A stretch of DNA of 64,000 nucleotides from Podarcis gaigeae (lineage: Eukaryota), in the NCBI GenBank assembly GCA_964106915.2, contig OZ066919.1; one strand, 5' to 3'. The translations under genes were made by a program, and so were the position numbers. How positions within the stretch are numbered: the stretch's first letter is position 1; every line of letters begins with the position of its first letter. Positions 58,301 to 64,000 of the stretch are shown here, piece after piece. Below the pieces are notes generated by a model that saw only the letters and a list, made by a program, of their open reading frames with translations, searched no databases and had not been told where the DNA came from.

Positions 58301-61300
58301 AGATGTGTGGGACTATAACTCCCATAAGCCTCAGCTAGAATGGCCCATGGTCAGGAGAGTGGGCATTATTGTCTACTAACATCCAGAGGGCCACAGATTG
58401 GGGAAGGTTGTCCTAGATGGATGACTAAAAAACAAACTTGCTTGCCATGTGTATCCTTGGTGCCATCTTGCAGGCACTTTCCCACCAGCCAGTTCAGGGG
58501 CTAGAGCTCTTACAGTTAGGGTCCAGGGCAGCGTATTTTGGAGAAAATCCGCCACCCCTAAATTGCTCTTCAAATTCATTCCCTGTGATGGGGCTTTCAG
58601 CTTGCCTCAAGATTGATTCTTGTCACTCTGGTGCTTCTCTGTAAGCTCACCTCAGCACTATTCTATATATTTCCTCCATAAATTATTTGCTTATATTACC
58701 ACCCTCTTAATTCAAAATACCGTATGGTTTAATGGATGTTGAACTAAAGGGAGCCTGTTGAATGGACAGAGGCAGCAAATCAAAGGCTTGTGTCAAAAGT
58801 AGCACTGTCCAGCATGCCAAGAATAGCCAAAACAGTTAGAAAAGAATAAGGAACTGAGGTTGTGCATCCAAAAATAAGACTTATGCCACCACAAGTTCTA
58901 TATACACACACAGCTCTACAAGGTGACATTGAATTGCATTTGGCCCAGTGCAATTCAAACATAGTTTTGAGCTGGGAGCAGGATGAATTCATTATGCAAC
59001 CCATGACCTCAAAGCAGCTACAGAACCACCTGTATGATCTGTAGCAAGTTCATCAAATCAGAAATCTCACTTTGGGTAAACCTTTGAAAGGAAACGTTGC
59101 TCCACACTGCAAAAGAAGTCACCAATTGTGATGTCCCTCCCTCCCTTCATGTACTGATGAGCAAACTTCTTTTTAATCACGGAAATTATTTGTCTGCTTC
59201 ACTGACTATAACAACGGTTTGGACTCCATCTGGCACCCAGGCTGAACCTTAAATTGCTACAGAAAGCAACTGAGGGTAAAACATATGACCTGATTAAATC
59301 TATGCATCAACCCATCAAATGCAGGATAAAAATAAATAGGCAAACTGAGGTTTTAAAAGAGGCATAAAGGAGTGAGCTGGGGACGCAGCACTCAACTCTC
59401 CTCACTCCAACCCATACACAAGCTGCAACCACAATCCATCTGGCCTCAGACTTCCTTTAATTTGGATAGATCAGCTTTGTTAGCTATCACATTCAGTGCG
59501 ACAGCAAGGAAATCAAGTGCAGTATCCGAGTCCCACAAGTCAGGTTGGGAGATAACACATACTGTGACCATCCAGGATTTTGGGTAGGTGGGATTAATTT
59601 AGTCAAGGTTTAGCCCATGTACAGGCAATTCGCTGGACCACAACTCCCATCAACCCCAGACAACATGTCCAATGGTCAGGGATGAGTTGCAGTGCAGCAA
59701 TTATTTGGAGGGCCCAGTGGCAGACCTTCATTTTTAGGGCCCTGAAGCTTGAATTGTTATGGGAGCCCCTTTGCAACCAGCAATTAGGTCTGGATAACCA
59801 CTGTTATCTTCTTCAGTTGGGTTGTTTACAATCTTTACAACATCCATGCTACTGACTCTCAAAACTCTGAGAAATATATATAAAAACAAATAAATAATCA
59901 ATCTGAGCCATGCAACTCAAATTGAGTCTACTAGACCCATTTTTTTTAAAAGCAATGTGGATGAAAGTTGCTTCTGGGGCCCCTCTGGGATTAAGGGCCC
60001 TGAAATTTAAACTTCATTAGTTTCGTAGCAGATCCACTCCTGGGTTCCCCATCCCTGGTTTAGGCTCTTGCCTTCGGAAGGGTGCAGTCAAGACTGATTC
60101 ACAGAAAAGTAGCAATGGAAACTCAGAAGTCTTTGCCGAAGGGAGAGGAGGGGGTATCCTAATCATGATGGCTCTGGTTGTGATGCAAGCAATACATTTG
60201 CTTGCAGGTGTTGAGATTTGGTGAAGTTGGTGTTCCATTTTTTAGAGACAGTTCCTAGATATCATTCTTAAAAAGGTGAAACCTGTTTCAAGGTGCTATG
60301 AGAAAAAACCAGTAATAGGTCCCACCCCCAATAATCTTAATTAATGAGTTGAATTTTCCTTTGTACTTGTAGTCATTCTGATACTTCATTTAAAGTTTCA
60401 TAGTATATTTCTTGGTACATCCAAAACTAAGGGAACTGAATGTGATTTTCATTTTTTAAAGTCATTCTTGCTGGCTGTGGGACTTCTTCTAGAAGTGCAA
60501 AAATGCTGTGTTCCCCTTACCGCAAGCCAAGTTGCAGAACTTACAAATTGCAGCTGGCTTCCAGTATTTGAAGTTTCTTGCTAGTATTGATATCTCTTAT
60601 AAAAATGATAGTATAACCAAGTCAGTATTAATACATTTTTTAAAAGGTTCAATTTCCTCTCTTTTAATTTTACTGCTGACAAATCACCAAAAATATGACT
60701 ATTCACCCTATACTATACTTTGTGTTGAAAGCCATGCATATAAAGGTATTGTTTGCTTGTGGCTGATGCAAGAAATTTTGCTGCCTTTGGCAAAAGACAA
60801 AATGGCGTCTCACCATTCCATGTACAGAAGCCAACTAGATTAGTATTTAAATCTTATTTCAATACTAGCAATGGTATAGTGTCCACCATACCTGACGGCA
60901 GCAGACTACTCTGTGGTTGCAGGATAGGTCACAAGGCAGCATTGTCCACAACAAAATGGTATGGTCTAGGAACTCACTAGCAGGAGAACCCAAGGGGCTG
61001 CTGTCATTGCACCCCAGCACCTGGTAAATTAGACAGTCACATCACTCTGTCTAATGGTAGGGCTGGCTTTGTTGATGCCTCTTCTTCTTGCTTTTAGTTG
61101 TTTTCACTTTTAAAAAGTTACTGAGGGCATGGATCCTGCAATCTGTTTTAGGAATCCCTCTGTTCAAAGGCTCAGATAAATTCCTTGTCCAAACCCCTGA
61201 CCACAGACACTGTCCCAGCAGAGCAATCAGTGCATCTGTGTTTGAAGCTTCCCCTTTACTCCACACAGAGCATCAAAAGTTCTGGACAGGTGTTACTAAG

Positions 61301-62821
61301 AAAAGTGAGGGGGAACTTCTTGGCTCCATGGGCCAGATCCTTAGCAGGGTCTGGTCTAGTCTCACAAGCCAAATTTGACAGGTGGGTGAGGCTTCCCACC
61401 TGTCAATCACCTGACTGCACAAGGGAATCAGTGCTTTGAGGTCTCAAAGCTATGACTTCAAACCACCACATGCAGCTAATCCAGCAAACTAATCCACAAA
61501 TTGGTGGTGGGCAAGCCTGTTTTCCCTTGCTAATTCACAACAAGGAGTGCACTTCAAGGTTCCTGATTGTGCATTGGCAACTGCATCTTACCTGCCCCGC
61601 ACCTAACATCATATATGACATCAGGTGTGGGGCAGCTGGGGTGGCTGGCCGTATTTGAACCTCTGATGAGCCAAGTTTGGTCCGTGGGCCAGAGGTTCCT
61701 CACCCCTGTGCTAAAGTGTGCAGGAAGTGAAGTTACCAATAGCTACATGGCCTTTACAGCCCCTCATGCAGTAAATACTGTTCTCTGGCTCTCTCTAGAG
61801 GCCACAGGGAAACACAGCAGCTCCCCACACCTCCAGCTGGCAAATGTAATTTAATGTATATAAGCTGTGAGGGTACAATGGTGACCCCAAAGCTGTAGGG
61901 CCTGAGCAGTGCTGGAAAGCATTTCCTGCTACCGGACAACACAGACCATAAGGTGATGGAAGCGAGCACTACAAGAAAGCAAGGACTAGAGCCCTCAAGA
62001 AGAAAAAGGCCACCTTACTGAAGTCCACAGTAGGGGGGATAATGCACATGTGCAGCCACAAAAGTTTATTCACTCACACCTACAACCATAACCAACCTTA
62101 AATGCAGACTTTCTGGCTTCATAAAGCGGATGGAATGGCAGCCAAGGAGCAGCCCCCCCTCCCTGCACTCCTGTATGTTTATGGGCTGGAGCCCCCAAAC
62201 TGTTTTATGCATCTCCACCCTCATGAGAAACAGCCTGGCAGTGATGCCTGGGCCACATTGAGCCTGGCAATTCCTCACCTCTTTGCGCTGTCTCCCCGGG
62301 AGCCAGCACAAAGAGGCTTTGAGAGAGTGTGGTTACCAGCTTTCATTGAGTCTCCGGCATTAACTTCTCCCCTTTACCCCCTTTTTAAACTTGCTGTGGC
62401 AGCCGCAGCAACAGGACCCCCTCGCTTCTTTGTGGAACTCGAACACTCACACACACTCACACACTCACATGATTCCTTCCTCCCCCATTGGAAAAACGGC
62501 TCCCTCCCCTTCCCCCTCACTTTAGGGCTTTAGGGAAGATTCCCCACTGACCTGCTCTTGGGGGCAGGGAACCCCTTGGCTGCTCATTCCCGGTATCCTG
62601 GGGCGTTGCTAGAGCTGTGGCTGTTTGCTGCCTCCTTCGCATCCAGCCCCGCTGCTACTGGGGCGGTAATGTGCTTGCCTCTCCCTCATGAACTTGGCAT
62701 TACTCTCAGCTCAGTTCTCCCAGCACCATGCTGCCCCCGTCTGCCCAGTGCCCAGCACCGCGCTGCCCAGCACCCACCAACATTCTATACCCAGCCACAT
62801 GGCTCCCCTCTACTGCTGCAA

Positions 62822-62883
<62 letters not shown>
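62822..62883. repeat. Compound microsatellite (TC)n(AC)n
   Basis: Seen directly in the sequence. Confidence 0.95.
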
Positions 62884-62887
<4 letters not shown>

Positions 62888-63902
62888 GAGCTCACACTCC
62901 CAGAAGGACCTAGGATCACCCATTTCCTCTGCTATTAAGGCTGTATACACCCCACCATCACCAAATCCTGGGAACCATAGTTTATCCATTCACAGAGCTG
63001 CGATTCCCAGCACCTTTAATGAGCTACTTTTAATGTATGGCGCACATGCAGCCTAGTCTCCACTCTCATGGACAAAAGGTGGCTCCTCCTAAGAAGTGAT
63101 AACCTACAGTACACAGGGAAAGCTCATCATGTTATCTGGGAGATCTGCAGTCGGATCTTACAGTGCTTTGGTTTTCATTAAAGATTGGGTCAGGGCAGAA
63201 CTGCTGTGAAAAGCAGCATGCAACTCCTCTCGCTCAAAGCCTTTCCCCTGAGGCTATTTGTACCTCTGCAGAAAGTGTACTTGGTAAATGATGAACAAAC
63301 GTGAATGAGGTAAAGACTCAGAGGGAACGAAGAAAGAGCGTGGAATCCCAGCAAATTCCACATGCTTTCAGGCTACAAACAAATGAAGCTGGAGGGTGCA
63401 AGGCAGTGTCAGGATATATTTGGCCAGCATGACTAAACCAAGCAAAATGAGCCTGGAGGTCTATCCCTGTCATACAGCCCATATCCATTTGCTTTCCAAG
63501 GGTCCTATGTGGAATTGCTCTTGTGAGGCATGAATGTACTTCATTTTCCTTCCCAGCATTCAGTATTCAGATCCCACTGAACCAGAACCTAGGAAGCTGC
63601 CATATACCAAAGCCAGGCCATTGGTCTAGCTAGCTGCGTAGTGTCTACATTCAACTAGCAACAACTCTTTAAGGTTTCAGCCAGAACACTTTTCCATCTC
63701 TACCTGGAGATGCTGGGGACTGAACTGGGTACCTTTTCTATGCAAATGGTTCCCCTTATATCCACTGGCCTGTGGAGCCAGCTATAAGCACCTTCAGGTA
63801 GAGATGCAGCAAACAGCTCCAGGGCAGGGATCTGGCTTACCTGAAGCTGAGACTTGCATGCACAGCAACATGGAAAGCTGCTGTATATCATTTAGCAACA
63901 TC

Positions 63903-64000
63903 TGGATAGCTCAGTTGTTAGAGCATGGTGCTGACAATGCCAAGGCTGCAGGTTTGATCCCTGTTTGGGGCAGCTGCATATTCCTCCATTGCAGGAGGCT
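63903..64000 (+). mobile_element. tRNA-derived SINE head, runs off the window
   Basis: gatagctcagttgttagagcatggtgctgacaatgccaaggctgcaggtttgatccc has A-box and B-box-like motifs but a broken cloverleaf. Confidence 0.7.

Noticed and set aside
63841-63891. ATG ORF MIYSSFPCCCACKSQLQ ending at CAG|GTAAGC in phase 0, as a possible SLC6A9 first exon
   Set aside because: It is sandwiched between SINE remnants, has a weak Kozak context and no promoter features, and does not resemble GlyT1 N-termini.
63903-63975. tRNA gene
   Set aside because: The cloverleaf stems are broken and the sequence continues into a SINE body. The same applies at about 7490 and 45230.

Overview
This is vertebrate genomic DNA, not microbial. 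The repeat content (Sauria SINE, tRNA-head/CR1-tail SINEs, short hAT MITEs, Penelope remnants) points to a squamate, most likely a lacertid lizard. I reconstructed four spliced genes by hand from splice sites and reading-frame phase. (1) B4GALT2 on + has 6 coding exons (11080-17146, 371 aa) and a CpG-island promoter at about 3.0-3.8 kb. (2) An unnamed secreted three-exon von Willebrand type C (VWC) protein gene of the Brorin/VWC2/VWC2L family lies on - (23396 or 23426 to 19264, 213 or 223 aa). (3) CCDC24 on + has 8 coding exons (25616-34984, 383 aa). (4) SLC6A9/GlyT1 on - has 12 coding exons visible (46166-37523); its first coding exon is not securely identified. The order B4GALT2-CCDC24-SLC6A9 matches human 1p34, where I know of no VWC gene in between. 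The main candidate novelty is therefore this intact extra Brorin-family putative BMP modulator. It shares a bidirectional CpG promoter carrying an RFX X-box with CCDC24 and has a Penelope-derived minimal hammerhead ribozyme in sense orientation in intron 1. Other points of note are a GC-AG intron in SLC6A9 and overlapping opposite-strand poly(A) hexamers between CCDC24 and SLC6A9. Most ORFs in the supplied track are spurious.
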